A DNA stretch of 64,000 nucleotides from Verrucomicrobiia bacterium (GTDB lineage: Bacteria; Verrucomicrobiota; Verrucomicrobiia; Limisphaerales; UBA11358). The notes beneath the pieces were generated by a model. The model did no database searches, had not been told where the DNA came from, and saw only the letters and a program-made list of their open reading frames with translations. The stretch is from NCBI GenBank assembly GCA_036269115.1, contig DATAST010000081.1, positions 13,949 to 77,948 of the forward strand, read 5' to 3'. A program made the translations under genes and the position numbers. How positions within the stretch are numbered: the stretch's first letter is position 1; each line of letters opens with the position of its first letter. This document shows, in pieces, positions 1-9,101 of this stretch.

Positions 1-135
1 CCCAGGCCGGGAGAAAAAGCTTCTCCAAATCCAAATCTGCTTCCGAAAAACCGCTCATGTGGTGTTGAAAGATATTCCCGCCTTTGCAAAAGGCTTCGTT
101 GATTGCGTTTCTAAGTTTTTGAGCGGTTTTGAAGA

Positions 136-369
136 TTAGCCGCCATTGTCTCCAATGGCCTCTACGGGGCATCCTTCCTTGGCCTCTTTGCACCGGGCTT
201 CTTCTTCCGGTGACGCGGGCTGTTTGTAAACGAACGAGTAACCCCCGTCGTCATTGCGTTTGAAATTGTCCGGCGCCGTTTCGCGGCACAAATCGCAGTC
301 AATACACTGGTTGTCCACGTAGTATTTGCCCGCGATATTTTCGGGATATTTATTTGCAACGTCGGCCAT
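136..369 (-). CDS. small ferredoxin (single Fe-S cluster type)
   Basis: 77-aa ORF with the cluster-binding pattern CIDCDLCRETAP ... EGCPVEAI, typical of short bacterial ferredoxins. Confidence 0.85.
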   Translation of the reverse strand: MADVANKYPENIAGKYYVDNQCIDCDLCRETAPDNFKRNDDGGYSFVYKQPASPEEEARCKEAKEGCPVEAIGDNGG

Positions 370-512
370 AAAGTTCTTTCGGGGAATATGGAGTTAATTC
401 AACAGGGTGGCAAGTTAATTGTGCTGACGCGCTTTCAGGATTGGATTTTCGACACTTCAGAGTGTGTTTATGTTTGACGCCGGTTGCCAAAAGCGAGAGA
501 AATAAGGAAGCA

Positions 513-1172
513 GTGAAATCTCAAAACCTGTTTCCAGGCGCTTGCCTGGCGTTGCTGATCGTGAGCGAAGTTTTTCTGATGATGGCAAACCGGCAGAAAA
601 GCGAGGCTCTCACACAATGGCACCAGGCACAACAGCAAGTGGCGGATTTGCAATCGCAGCTTTCAGAGGCCACGAATTCAGCCACTGCCAATATGGCAGG
701 TGAATTCGGCCGCTTGCAGGCTGAAAATCAAGACATCCCGCGTTTGCGAAACCAAATCCTGCAATTGCAGGCCGAAAACCGCAAATTATCCCAGGAACTG
801 GGCATCACGAGCCGGACGGCCAAGCAGCAACAGCAGCAGTTGCAGGAGATGGAAGCTGAAAATCAACAGGCTGCCGCAGACCAACAGGCGGCGGCCGATG
901 ATCAACAGGCCCAGACGCAAGTGGTGGAGCGCATTGCCGCGCAGCAGCGCACCCAGTGCATCGCCAATCTTCGCCTTATTTATGCAGCCAAACAGGTATG
1001 GGCATTAGAGAAGAATAAGACAGATGCCGATACTCCTACTGAGCAAGATTTGTTGCCCTATATCAAAGGCGGCGCCTTTCCCATTTGCCCGTCTGGAGGG
1101 GCCTATACGATTGGGGCGGTTGGACAATTGCCGGCTTGCTCCATTTCAGGGCACGTCCTGCCGCCGCAGTAG
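513..1172 (+). CDS. hypothetical membrane-anchored coiled-coil protein (Gln/Ala-rich) with a Cys-containing C-terminal domain
   Basis: The ORF track gives 441..1172 from a TTG. An in-frame GTG at 513 preceded by AAGGAAG yields an N-terminal TM helix (LFPGACLALLIVSEVFLMM). This is followed by a Q-rich coiled coil and a C-terminal CIANLRLIYAAKQVWALE...CPSGGAYT...CSISGH segment. The start is uncertain and no family is recognised. Confidence 0.5.
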   Translation: MKSQNLFPGACLALLIVSEVFLMMANRQKSEALTQWHQAQQQVADLQSQLSEATNSATANMAGEFGRLQAENQDIPRLRNQILQLQAENRKLSQELGITSRTAKQQQQQLQEMEAENQQAAADQQAAADDQQAQTQVVERIAAQQRTQCIANLRLIYAAKQVWALEKNKTDADTPTEQDLLPYIKGGAFPICPSGGAYTIGAVGQLPACSISGHVLPPQ

Positions 1173-1391
1173 CGCCTGAGAGAACGATCTGTATCGACGG
1201 CTGTGGTGCAACACACGGCATCTGACGGACATAGGCCGCCAAGGGCCATCAGGGGGATATTTAATTCAAAATCAGGAAAAAACGACAAGGCAAACGATTT
1301 TTACAGCATTCTCCGTGCCTCTTCTCGAAACCCGCAAATTGCTTCATTTTTCATTTGGCTTTCCCAATTTCTTGAATAAGTTAAGCGCTCC

Positions 1392-3221
1392 ATGATTGAG
1401 ACTGACATCGAACTTTTAAAGGGCATCGCAAACCAACTGCGCATTCATTCCATTAATGCCACGACTGCGGCGGGCAGCGGACATCCCACTTCGTGCTGTT
1501 CGGCGGCCGATGTCGTTTCCGCTCTTTTTTTCGGGCACATGAAGTATGACCCGAAGAATCCGCGTTATTATAACAACGATCACTTCATTCTTTCCAAAGG
1601 CCACGCCGCGCCGCTCTTGTATGCCGCATGGGCCGAGAATGGCTTTTTACCCGTGGATGAGTTGGTCAGGCTTCGGCAATTCAATTGCGAGCTTGAAGGA
1701 CATCCGACGCCTCGTTTGCAATTCGTCGATGTGGCGACGGGTTCACTCGGACAAGGCCTGGGGGCAGGTGTGGGCCTGGCGCTCGCCGGCCGACTCGATA
1801 AATTGGATTACAATACCTATGTACTAATGGGCGATGGCGAGATCGCTGAGGGCTCTGTTTGGGAAGCCGCTTCACTGGCGGGATATTTCAAGCTGAATAA
1901 TTTAATCGCTATTGTAGACGCCAATCGGTTGGGCCAGAGCCAGGAAACGGCATTTGGCCATAACATCGGGATCTATCGCGATCGCTTTGAATCTTTTGGC
2001 TGGCGTGTCGAGGACATTGACGGGCATGACATCGAGGAAATTCTTGAAGTGCTCAGCGGGGTTGGTTTGAACGACCAGCCGCTGGCCATTATCGCCAAGA
2101 CGTATAAAGGCGCCGGCATTTCGTTTTTGCAGGATAAAGAAGGATGGCACGGCAAGCCGTTGAATAAAGAGGAAGCGGCGAAAGCCATTGCCGAACTTCA
2201 GCCCAATTCCAAATCGGGCATCGGTGTCGATATCGCGAAGCCCAGTTCGCTCCCTGAGCCGAAGAATAATGCGCCGTCAGGTTTTCCGGCGGTCAACTAC
2301 AAGATTGGAGACTCCGTCGCGACCCGCGAAGCTTACGGCAACGCGCTGTTGCGCGTGGGCGAAGTGGACACGCGAATCGTGGCGCTGGACGGCGACACAA
2401 AAAATTCCACTTTTGCCGAGAAGTTCTTCAAGAAATTCCCGGATCGCAGTTTTGAGTGCTTTATTGCCGAGCAAAACATGGTTGGCGTTTCGACCGGCTT
2501 TTCCGCTCGCGGCAAGCTGCCGTTTATTTCGACCTTTGCCTGCTTCTTCACGCGCGCGTTCGACCACATCCGCGTGGCCGGGATTTCCGAGTCGAATGTA
2601 AAGCTGGCCGGCTCGCACGTAGGCGTAAGCATCGGGGAAGACGGTCCGTCGCAAATGGGCCTGGAAGACCTGGCCATGATGCGCGCGATCATCGGAAGCA
2701 CCGTTCTTTATCCCTCGGACGCCGTCAGTGCTGAAAAATTGGTCGAACAAATGGTTCAGACCAAAGGAGTCTGCTATTTGCGCACATCGCGCCCAAAGAC
2801 GCCGGTCATTTATAATAATGACGAAGCGTTTCCTGTCGGCGGAGCGAAAGTGTTGCGCGAAGGCAACAAGGTGACTGTCGTTGCCGCGGGCGTCACATTA
2901 TTTGAAGCATTGAAAGCGGCCGACGCTTTGAAAAACGAAGGCATCAACATTACCGTCATTGACGCCTACAGCATCAAGCCTCTTGGCAAAAAAGAAATTC
3001 TCGCCGCGGCACAAAAAACAAACAACATCGTCATCACGGTTGAAGACCATTATTCCCAGGGTGGATTGGGCGACGCCGTGGCTGGGGAATTGAGCGTGGA
3101 AGGAATCAGAGTTCACAAAATGGCCGTAAACGGCATGCCGCGCTCCGGCAAACCGGATGAGTTGCTTGCGCACTTTGGCATTGATGCCGACGCTATTGTG
3201 AAGAAGGTAAAGGCGCTTTAA
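1392..3221 (+). CDS. tkt: transketolase
   Basis: 609 aa with thiamine-diphosphate motifs GSGHPTS, ILSKGHAAP and MGDGEIAEGSVWEA. The pyrimidine-binding and C-terminal domains are present in one chain. Confidence 0.9.
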   Translation: MIETDIELLKGIANQLRIHSINATTAAGSGHPTSCCSAADVVSALFFGHMKYDPKNPRYYNNDHFILSKGHAAPLLYAAWAENGFLPVDELVRLRQFNCELEGHPTPRLQFVDVATGSLGQGLGAGVGLALAGRLDKLDYNTYVLMGDGEIAEGSVWEAASLAGYFKLNNLIAIVDANRLGQSQETAFGHNIGIYRDRFESFGWRVEDIDGHDIEEILEVLSGVGLNDQPLAIIAKTYKGAGISFLQDKEGWHGKPLNKEEAAKAIAELQPNSKSGIGVDIAKPSSLPEPKNNAPSGFPAVNYKIGDSVATREAYGNALLRVGEVDTRIVALDGDTKNSTFAEKFFKKFPDRSFECFIAEQNMVGVSTGFSARGKLPFISTFACFFTRAFDHIRVAGISESNVKLAGSHVGVSIGEDGPSQMGLEDLAMMRAIIGSTVLYPSDAVSAEKLVEQMVQTKGVCYLRTSRPKTPVIYNNDEAFPVGGAKVLREGNKVTVVAAGVTLFEALKAADALKNEGINITVIDAYSIKPLGKKEILAAAQKTNNIVITVEDHYSQGGLGDAVAGELSVEGIRVHKMAVNGMPRSGKPDELLAHFGIDADAIVKKVKAL

Positions 3222-3309
3222 TTCGGCATCATTGCGGGCAGTGGTTTGGGATCCGATCGCGGGATTGAAATTTGTAACGGTTTGCCCTTGCGTGAACGAA
3301 AATTAAGTC

Positions 3310-3519
3310 ATGACAGCTAAAGCGGTCATTGAAGAAATTAAGCATTTGCCCCGCTCGGAACAATCGAGAGTTATCCAATTTGCCTTTGAGTTGGCGCGCG
3401 AACGCCAGCTTAGTGGGAAAGAATTGGCCGAGCTGGCTGAGAAAATGGCCGATTCGAAGGATACCACGGGAGTCCAAAAATTGCGGAAAGAAATTCATCG
3501 CGGATTCTACGGTGAATAA
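3310..3519 (+). CDS. small antitoxin-like protein (putative addiction-module component), orphan
   Basis: 69 aa. The N-terminus VIEEIKHLPRSEQSRVIQFAFEL resembles the 'LLEEALKLPpeERaeLa' start of small addiction-module antitoxins. No intact partner ORF follows. Confidence 0.4.
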   Translation: MTAKAVIEEIKHLPRSEQSRVIQFAFELARERQLSGKELAELAEKMADSKDTTGVQKLRKEIHRGFYGE

Positions 3520-3785
3520 TCATGCCACGTGTTCGACGACACAGCCTGCCCAACTTGGCGTCTTGGCCGACTGGTTAGGAACTGCACCTGAGGTTCCCGA
3601 AGGGAAATGGTTTAAGAGATTCTCCGGTATGACTGTTTGCGGCGAGGGTGAACTCATTAGGACATTCTTACTGCCCGGACAAGTCGGCAACCGGCGATGA
3701 ACTGGAATGACGTCCGCAGAGGCCCGACACAAACTGTGAATAACTTTTTGTGTTCAACCGGCGCCGGCTCGGCCATAAAGGGCGC

Positions 3786-4481
3786 ATGGCTGTTCCCACT
3801 TTACTACCCACGGTCGCTCAGAACGAGAAGTTCGGCGGTGTCACCTACCATATTGAAGGCGAATTGGTTCCTGCCTTGCACCTGGAGCTCAGCGATACCG
3901 GCGTCTATTTCGAACATCATATTTTGCTCTGGAAAGACCCGGCGGTGCAAATCGGCATTCATCCGCTCAAAGGCGGATTCAAACGAATGCTGGCCGGGAT
4001 GCCGTTCTTGCTGACCGGCGCGCGCGGTCCGGGGCGCATCGCGTTTAGTCGCGACGGCGCGGGGCATGTTTTTGGCCTGCACCTCAAACCTGGAATGGCT
4101 GTAGACGTGCGGGAGCATCAATGGCTGGCGGCAACAGATACCGTGGAGTACACATTTTCCCGGATCCGAGGAGCGTCGAACATTTTGTTCGGAGGAACGG
4201 GATTTTTTATTGATAACTTTTCGTGCCCGTCCCAGGAAGGAATTCTTTGGCTGCACGGTTTTGGCAATGTGTTTGAGGTCACCCTGGGGCCCGGTGAGGA
4301 GATCGATATCGAACCGGGCGGTTGGATTTACAAGGATCGCACCGTGCAGATGCAAACGATGTTCCAAAAGCTCTCGACCGGCTTATTTGCCAGCGCCGCA
4401 AACCTCTTCTGGAACCGCTTCACGGGTCCCGGAAAAATTGCGCTGCAATCGATGTACATCCACATGGACGGCGGAGAGTAG
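3786..4481 (+). CDS. AIM24 family protein (DUF124)
   Basis: The body of the ORF (TYHIEGELVPALHLEL..., GFFIDNFSCP..., ILWLHGFGNVFEVTL, GPGKIALQSM) matches the AIM24/TIGR00266 pattern. The start is chosen at MAVPTLL; the track ORF begins at 3750. Confidence 0.75.
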   Translation: MAVPTLLPTVAQNEKFGGVTYHIEGELVPALHLELSDTGVYFEHHILLWKDPAVQIGIHPLKGGFKRMLAGMPFLLTGARGPGRIAFSRDGAGHVFGLHLKPGMAVDVREHQWLAATDTVEYTFSRIRGASNILFGGTGFFIDNFSCPSQEGILWLHGFGNVFEVTLGPGEEIDIEPGGWIYKDRTVQMQTMFQKLSTGLFASAANLFWNRFTGPGKIALQSMYIHMDGGE

Positions 4482-4510
4482 GACGCGAACTGTTGTGCCG
4501 TTGAAATCTT

Positions 4511-5110
4511 TCAGCGGTATTTCCAGTTTAATGATTTGCCCGCTGAAAGCCATTCGATGGCCGTTTTGATTCTGCGAAGGCGGGTTTCCGGCCGCTTCGC
4601 TTGCGTGACCCATTCGATATACTCGCGTCGGTGGCTGGGGCTTAATTTCTCAAATGTCGCGCGCGATGGTTTGTTTTTTGCAAGCGCGGCAACAAGATCA
4701 TCGGGCGCAGCAATTTCCCTGGCCTTAGGTTTTCGCCGTGACACTATTTTGGTTCCGGCCTCGTTAAGCTCCACGGCTTTGCGAATGTAACTCAACAGAA
4801 ATTTATCACCCGGCAAATCGGCCAAAGAAGTCAGCCGGCGGTATTTCTCCCGTTCCTTGCCCAAAAGGAGTTTTCCTTTCCAAAAGATAAGCGCGCAATG
4901 TTTCTTGAAGGCTGGTGTCGTCATCAGAATCCCTTTGTGCAAATAAAACGGCGAACTCCACTTAATAGTTTCCTCAACTTTAGGGCACGCGCGATGAATG
5001 AGCTTGCGGACCTTGGTTAAAATGGGCCGGGCAAAATCGGCGGCTCGAGAGATGTAATCGTCAATACGAGGATCTTTATTCGGCACGGCGGTTAATTTGA
5101 AAGATTTCAT
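4511..5110 (-). CDS. DUF1801 / YdeI-OmpD-associated family protein
   Basis: IDDYISRAADFARPIL...ETIKWSSPFY (DUF1801-like) is followed by DDLVAALAKNKPSRATFEKLSPSHRREYIEWV..AKRPETRLRRI (YdeI-like). The start is at MKSFKL (ATG 5108-5110). The longer track ORF would overlap the divergent GH1 gene. Confidence 0.75.
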   Translation of the reverse strand: MKSFKLTAVPNKDPRIDDYISRAADFARPILTKVRKLIHRACPKVEETIKWSSPFYLHKGILMTTPAFKKHCALIFWKGKLLLGKEREKYRRLTSLADLPGDKFLLSYIRKAVELNEAGTKIVSRRKPKAREIAAPDDLVAALAKNKPSRATFEKLSPSHRREYIEWVTQAKRPETRLRRIKTAIEWLSAGKSLNWKYR

Positions 5111-5187
5111 TCCGATTATCAATCTGCATTGCGCCTGTTCATTTTCAGAACTTTCCCTTATCTTTAGCTTCAACAAATGGCAGCCAA

Positions 5188-6435
5188 ATGGGCAGCGAAT
5201 TGAAATTCCCATCAAGTTTTTTCTGGGGCACGGCAACCTCGCCGACCCAGGTGGAAGGCCATGTCGTCAACGAATGGACTGATTACGTGGCGTTGGATGG
5301 CGGGCACTGCCGCCTGGCATGTAATCACTATCACCTGTACGAAAAGGACATCGAGCTCATGGCGGGCCTGGGGGTGAACGCCTATCGGATGGGCATCGAA
5401 TGGTCGCGCCTCCAGTCCCGACCGTTTGCAGAGCTAAATCAAAAAGAATTGGCCCGCTACATTCACCTTCTGGATTGCCTGAAAGCGGCAGGCATTACGC
5501 CTATGATTGTGCTGCACCACTTTTCAAATCCGCCGTGGGTCACGGCGTCCGAGGGGTGGCTCAATCAGGCGACCATTGCGGCGTTTGTGGATTACACGGC
5601 GAAGATTGTCGCCGCTTTAAAGGACCGGGTTTATATCTGGAACACGTTCAATGAGCCGGATACCTACGCCTCTTTGACGTACTTGTTGGGCGGTTTTCCG
5701 CCTTTCCACAAATGGCGCGTGGGCTCTTTCCGGCGGGTGGTCAAACATATGGCGGAGGCCCATGTGCGCGCCAGCGAAGTGATACGCCGTCAGTACAATG
5801 GCGGGCGTGGCCCGGAGATTGGGGTAGCCAAAAATTGGACTTATTTCAGCGCCTTTCGGTCATTCTCTCTTTGGGACCACGCATTGGCCGAGATTTCACA
5901 TCACTCGTTCAATCGTTTTGTGCTGGACCAGTTTGTCGGCGGCAAGCGCCGGAACGCCTCCACGTTTCTCGGCCTCAATTATTACGGCCGCGCCCGGTTG
6001 AGAGACTTTCAGGCCCTTGTGCCAACCAATGGCGTCCCGCACCAGAAATTAAAAGAACTTGGCATTGTGTGCGATGACATGTTTGAACGGCATCCCGCAG
6101 GTTTCGGCAGGTTGTTGAGGAAACTTCAGCGTCAATGTGGCCTGCCGATTTACATTACTGAGCATGGCTCGGCTTCAACGGATGACGACTTCCGTATCCA
6201 GGATTTGACTGGCCATTTGCGTGAATTGCACGCGGCGATGGACGATGGTGTTGATGTCCGCGGTTTCTTTTATTGGTCGTTGCTCGACAATTTTGAATGG
6301 CAGTTCGGCTACACGAAAAAATTCGGGCTGTTTTCCGTGGATTTCAATGATGAACAATTGACCCGCCGGACAACGCGCGTGGCAGAATTCTACCAACGGA
6401 TTTGCAAAGCAGCCCGGGCTTCCTCGCCCGGATGA
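5188..6435 (+). CDS. glycoside hydrolase family 1 (beta-glucosidase-like)
   Basis: FPSSFFWGTATSPTQVEGH N-terminus, acid/base motif NTFNEPD, and nucleophile motif YITEHG (usually ITENG). Confidence 0.85.
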   Translation: MGSELKFPSSFFWGTATSPTQVEGHVVNEWTDYVALDGGHCRLACNHYHLYEKDIELMAGLGVNAYRMGIEWSRLQSRPFAELNQKELARYIHLLDCLKAAGITPMIVLHHFSNPPWVTASEGWLNQATIAAFVDYTAKIVAALKDRVYIWNTFNEPDTYASLTYLLGGFPPFHKWRVGSFRRVVKHMAEAHVRASEVIRRQYNGGRGPEIGVAKNWTYFSAFRSFSLWDHALAEISHHSFNRFVLDQFVGGKRRNASTFLGLNYYGRARLRDFQALVPTNGVPHQKLKELGIVCDDMFERHPAGFGRLLRKLQRQCGLPIYITEHGSASTDDDFRIQDLTGHLRELHAAMDDGVDVRGFFYWSLLDNFEWQFGYTKKFGLFSVDFNDEQLTRRTTRVAEFYQRICKAARASSPG

Positions 6436-6451
6436 ACGGGAATGGGAAGCC

Positions 6452-7969
6452 ATGAACAATGAAAGGCAACGCGTTTCGTCCAAAGTCCAGTCCCGGGACC
6501 GTTCGATAGTTTGGGCGCTCGCCGTGGCGGCGGCTATCCATGTCTTTGTCTTTTCGGCGGCCTTTCCTCTGTTCAATAATGTAGACGAGGGCCCTCATTT
6601 CGATTTGGTCATCAAGTATTGCCAAAATGGCATTCCTCAGTTGCTTAATCCACTATCGGATGAATTTATCAATTATAACGTTCTGTTCAGCACGCCGGAA
6701 TATCTGAGAAGCCCCGCGGCTTTTCCGAACCAGACGATTCCTCCCCCTCCCTGGACGCAACCTTCGCAAACGAACCTTCCATCGCTGCTGGCGGAAAGGA
6801 ATATCGAAAGTAAATTAATCAACTACGAGACAACGCAATCGCCGCTTTATTATGAGCTGGCTGGCGCATGGTGGCGGCTCGGCAAAGCATGCGGCATACA
6901 TGGCGGTTCATTGCCTTACTGGCTGCGTTTCCTGAATGCCCTTCTTGTTCCCGTCATTGTGTGGATTGGTTACTGGGCGGCAAAGCTCGTCTTCCCTGAT
7001 CGGCGTTTTGTGCAACTGGGCGTTCCGGCGCTATTGGCCTTCATGCCACAATCCGTTTTCTATTCCATTTCGAACGATATTCTCTCGCCTTTGTGCTTCG
7101 GACTGGCATTTATATGCCTATTTCGATTCTGGCAAACGGAACTGCCGGACGTTCGGCTGGCGGCCTTCACCGGCTTGGCCCTTGCGGCGACATTTCTGGC
7201 CAAGGCCTCGAACCTCCCGATTCTCGCGGTTGCCGGCGCAGTCATCCTCTTGAAAATTATTCAATTGGCCAAAAACGGGAAAATCTCCTCTTCCCTCCGG
7301 TCACTGGCCACACTGGCTGTCTGTGCCGGAGTGCCCTCGGCGATGTGGAGCCTGTGGTGCAAAGCTTATTTTGGCGATTTTACCGGTTCGAAAATTCGGG
7401 GATTGATGTTTGGATGGACAGTGAAACCGTTCGCGCAATGGTGGGCCCATCCGATTTTCACTCTGCACGGCCTTTGGACTTATTTTTCAGGGCAAATGGG
7501 AACATTCTGGCAGGGTGAAATTTGGTGGCATGGCGTTCCGATGGCGTTGCCCGGCACGTATGCAGTCTATTCGATTCTCACGCTGGTCCTGGTTGCCGCA
7601 GCGCTTCCAGCAACATTTCCAAAGTCTTCGGTTGTTGCTCCATCGCAACGCCTCGCGCTCCAATGGAGCCTGGGCTTTTATTTGGCCGCGCTGGTTTTTT
7701 TTGCCTTGATGTCTGTGATTTACGATTTCCAACACTCTCCTAATCCGTCGCCCCAGCATCCGTATTTTCACGCAGGCCGCATGATGTTGGGAGCGCTTGT
7801 TCCGTTTGTGCTGCTTATCGTCTTTGGGTTGGATCGCCTGTTAAATCGTTTCGGAAACGCCGCAAAATGGATGGCTCTGGTTTCGATGGTTTTGTTCATG
7901 CTAATTCTGGAAGTCGTGACGGCTCGCTCAATTTTCTTTAACTCGTACAATTGGTTTCACCTGACTTAA
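6452..7969 (+). CDS. polytopic membrane protein, GT-C fold glycosyltransferase-like (DUF2142/ArnT-like)
   Basis: 505 aa with more than 10 predicted TM helices. An acidic first-loop motif (NNVDEGPHFD) occurs after TM1, as in GT-C enzymes. Confidence 0.55.
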   Translation: MNNERQRVSSKVQSRDRSIVWALAVAAAIHVFVFSAAFPLFNNVDEGPHFDLVIKYCQNGIPQLLNPLSDEFINYNVLFSTPEYLRSPAAFPNQTIPPPPWTQPSQTNLPSLLAERNIESKLINYETTQSPLYYELAGAWWRLGKACGIHGGSLPYWLRFLNALLVPVIVWIGYWAAKLVFPDRRFVQLGVPALLAFMPQSVFYSISNDILSPLCFGLAFICLFRFWQTELPDVRLAAFTGLALAATFLAKASNLPILAVAGAVILLKIIQLAKNGKISSSLRSLATLAVCAGVPSAMWSLWCKAYFGDFTGSKIRGLMFGWTVKPFAQWWAHPIFTLHGLWTYFSGQMGTFWQGEIWWHGVPMALPGTYAVYSILTLVLVAAALPATFPKSSVVAPSQRLALQWSLGFYLAALVFFALMSVIYDFQHSPNPSPQHPYFHAGRMMLGALVPFVLLIVFGLDRLLNRFGNAAKWMALVSMVLFMLILEVVTARSIFFNSYNWFHLT

Positions 7970-7970
7970 A

Positions 7971-8435
7971 ATGGATGCCATTGAGCAATCCGATTTTGTC
8001 GTTCGCCATACGTTATGCCTGGCACGCAGTTTCAAAAAATGGACCGGACGCGATCTGATACCCGGAGAGTTTTCACCGATAGAACTGGCTGCTAAACTTT
8101 TTGACGCCCAATTTGTTGTGGTGTCGCATGGAACCGAACCCGATCCCGTGCTCAACTACGGCAACCGCGCCGCGCTGAACCTGTGGGAAATGTCATGGGA
8201 CGAATTCATTCGTACGCCGTCCCGTTTGACGGCTGAGCCGGCCAGGCGCGAAGCGCGCGCGAAACTGATGGAAACCGTTGCACGCCAGGGATATTTTGAA
8301 AACTACTCGGGCATCCGCGTTTCCAAAACCGGCCGGCGTTTTAAAATTTCGGCCGCCACAATCTGGAATTTAATCTCTGAAACCGGTGAGTTGCAGGGGC
8401 AGGCGGCGGCGTTTTCTGAGTGGAAATTTCTTTGA
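7971..8435 (+). CDS. MEKHLA domain-containing protein (stand-alone PAS-like)
   Basis: 154 aa. NYGNRAALNLWEMSWDEF...PSRLTAEP...GYFENYSGIRVSKTGRRFKISAATIWNL matches the MEKHLA domain pattern. Confidence 0.7.
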   Translation: MDAIEQSDFVVRHTLCLARSFKKWTGRDLIPGEFSPIELAAKLFDAQFVVVSHGTEPDPVLNYGNRAALNLWEMSWDEFIRTPSRLTAEPARREARAKLMETVARQGYFENYSGIRVSKTGRRFKISAATIWNLISETGELQGQAAAFSEWKFL

Positions 8436-8465
8436 ACAGGGCCGATATTAGAACGTCGAAATGGC

Positions 8466-9098
8466 ATGCAATTAAACCTAATAAGAATTGCCCGGGCGAC
8501 GCTTGCGGCGGCGGTCATCGGGGTGGCGTTTTATGAGACGCATGGCCGGCAGACAGACGATTTAACTGTTTCAACGAACCAATACCAATCTATGGACCCG
8601 ACCCAATTCAAAAAACCGGACCCGGCGGAGTTGAAAAAAAAACTCACGCCCGAACAATTTGCCGTAACGCAAAAATCGGCAACTGAACCTCCCTTCGACA
8701 ATAAGTATTGGAACAATCACGAGCCGGGCATTTACGTTGACATCGTTTCAGGCCAACCCCTGTTCAATTCCCTCGACAAATTTGATTCGGGTTGCGGCTG
8801 GCCCAGTTTTTCCCAGCCATTGTCCAACACAGACGTGGTCGAAAGCGCCGACTACTCCTACATGGGAATCGAACGCACTGAAGTGCGTTCGAAGATGGCC
8901 GACTCTCATTTGGGCCACGTTTTCGATGATGGTCCGGGACCGACGCACTTGCGTTATTGCATCAATTCAGCGTCCCTTCGGTTCATCCCACTTGGCAAAA
9001 TGGAAGCAGAAGGCTATGGCAAGTATTTGGAGCCATTCATCAAAGCGGGCCTTTACAAGAGCTCGGGAGGCGCAACGAATACGCCGCCAAAGAAATAA
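8466..9098 (+). CDS. msrB: peptide-methionine (R)-S-oxide reductase MsrB with N-terminal signal/anchor
   Basis: SelR core: [47 protein letters not shown]. It is preceded by the hydrophobic N-terminus [23 protein letters not shown]. Confidence 0.9.
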   Translation: MQLNLIRIARATLAAAVIGVAFYETHGRQTDDLTVSTNQYQSMDPTQFKKPDPAELKKKLTPEQFAVTQKSATEPPFDNKYWNNHEPGIYVDIVSGQPLFNSLDKFDSGCGWPSFSQPLSNTDVVESADYSYMGIERTEVRSKMADSHLGHVFDDGPGPTHLRYCINSASLRFIPLGKMEAEGYGKYLEPFIKAGLYKSSGGATNTPPKK

Positions 9099-9101
9099 CG
9101 G

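Noticed and set aside
1-58. Possible 5' end of a minus-strand gene running off the left edge (MSGFSEADLDLEKLFLPAW...)
   Set aside because: Only 19 codons are visible, which is too little to judge coding potential or family.
3329-3700. 123-aa plus-strand ORF overlapping the antitoxin-like gene
   Set aside because: It is out of frame with and largely overlapping the better-looking 3310..3519 ORF. Its non-overlapping part has no start codon and no recognisable motifs.
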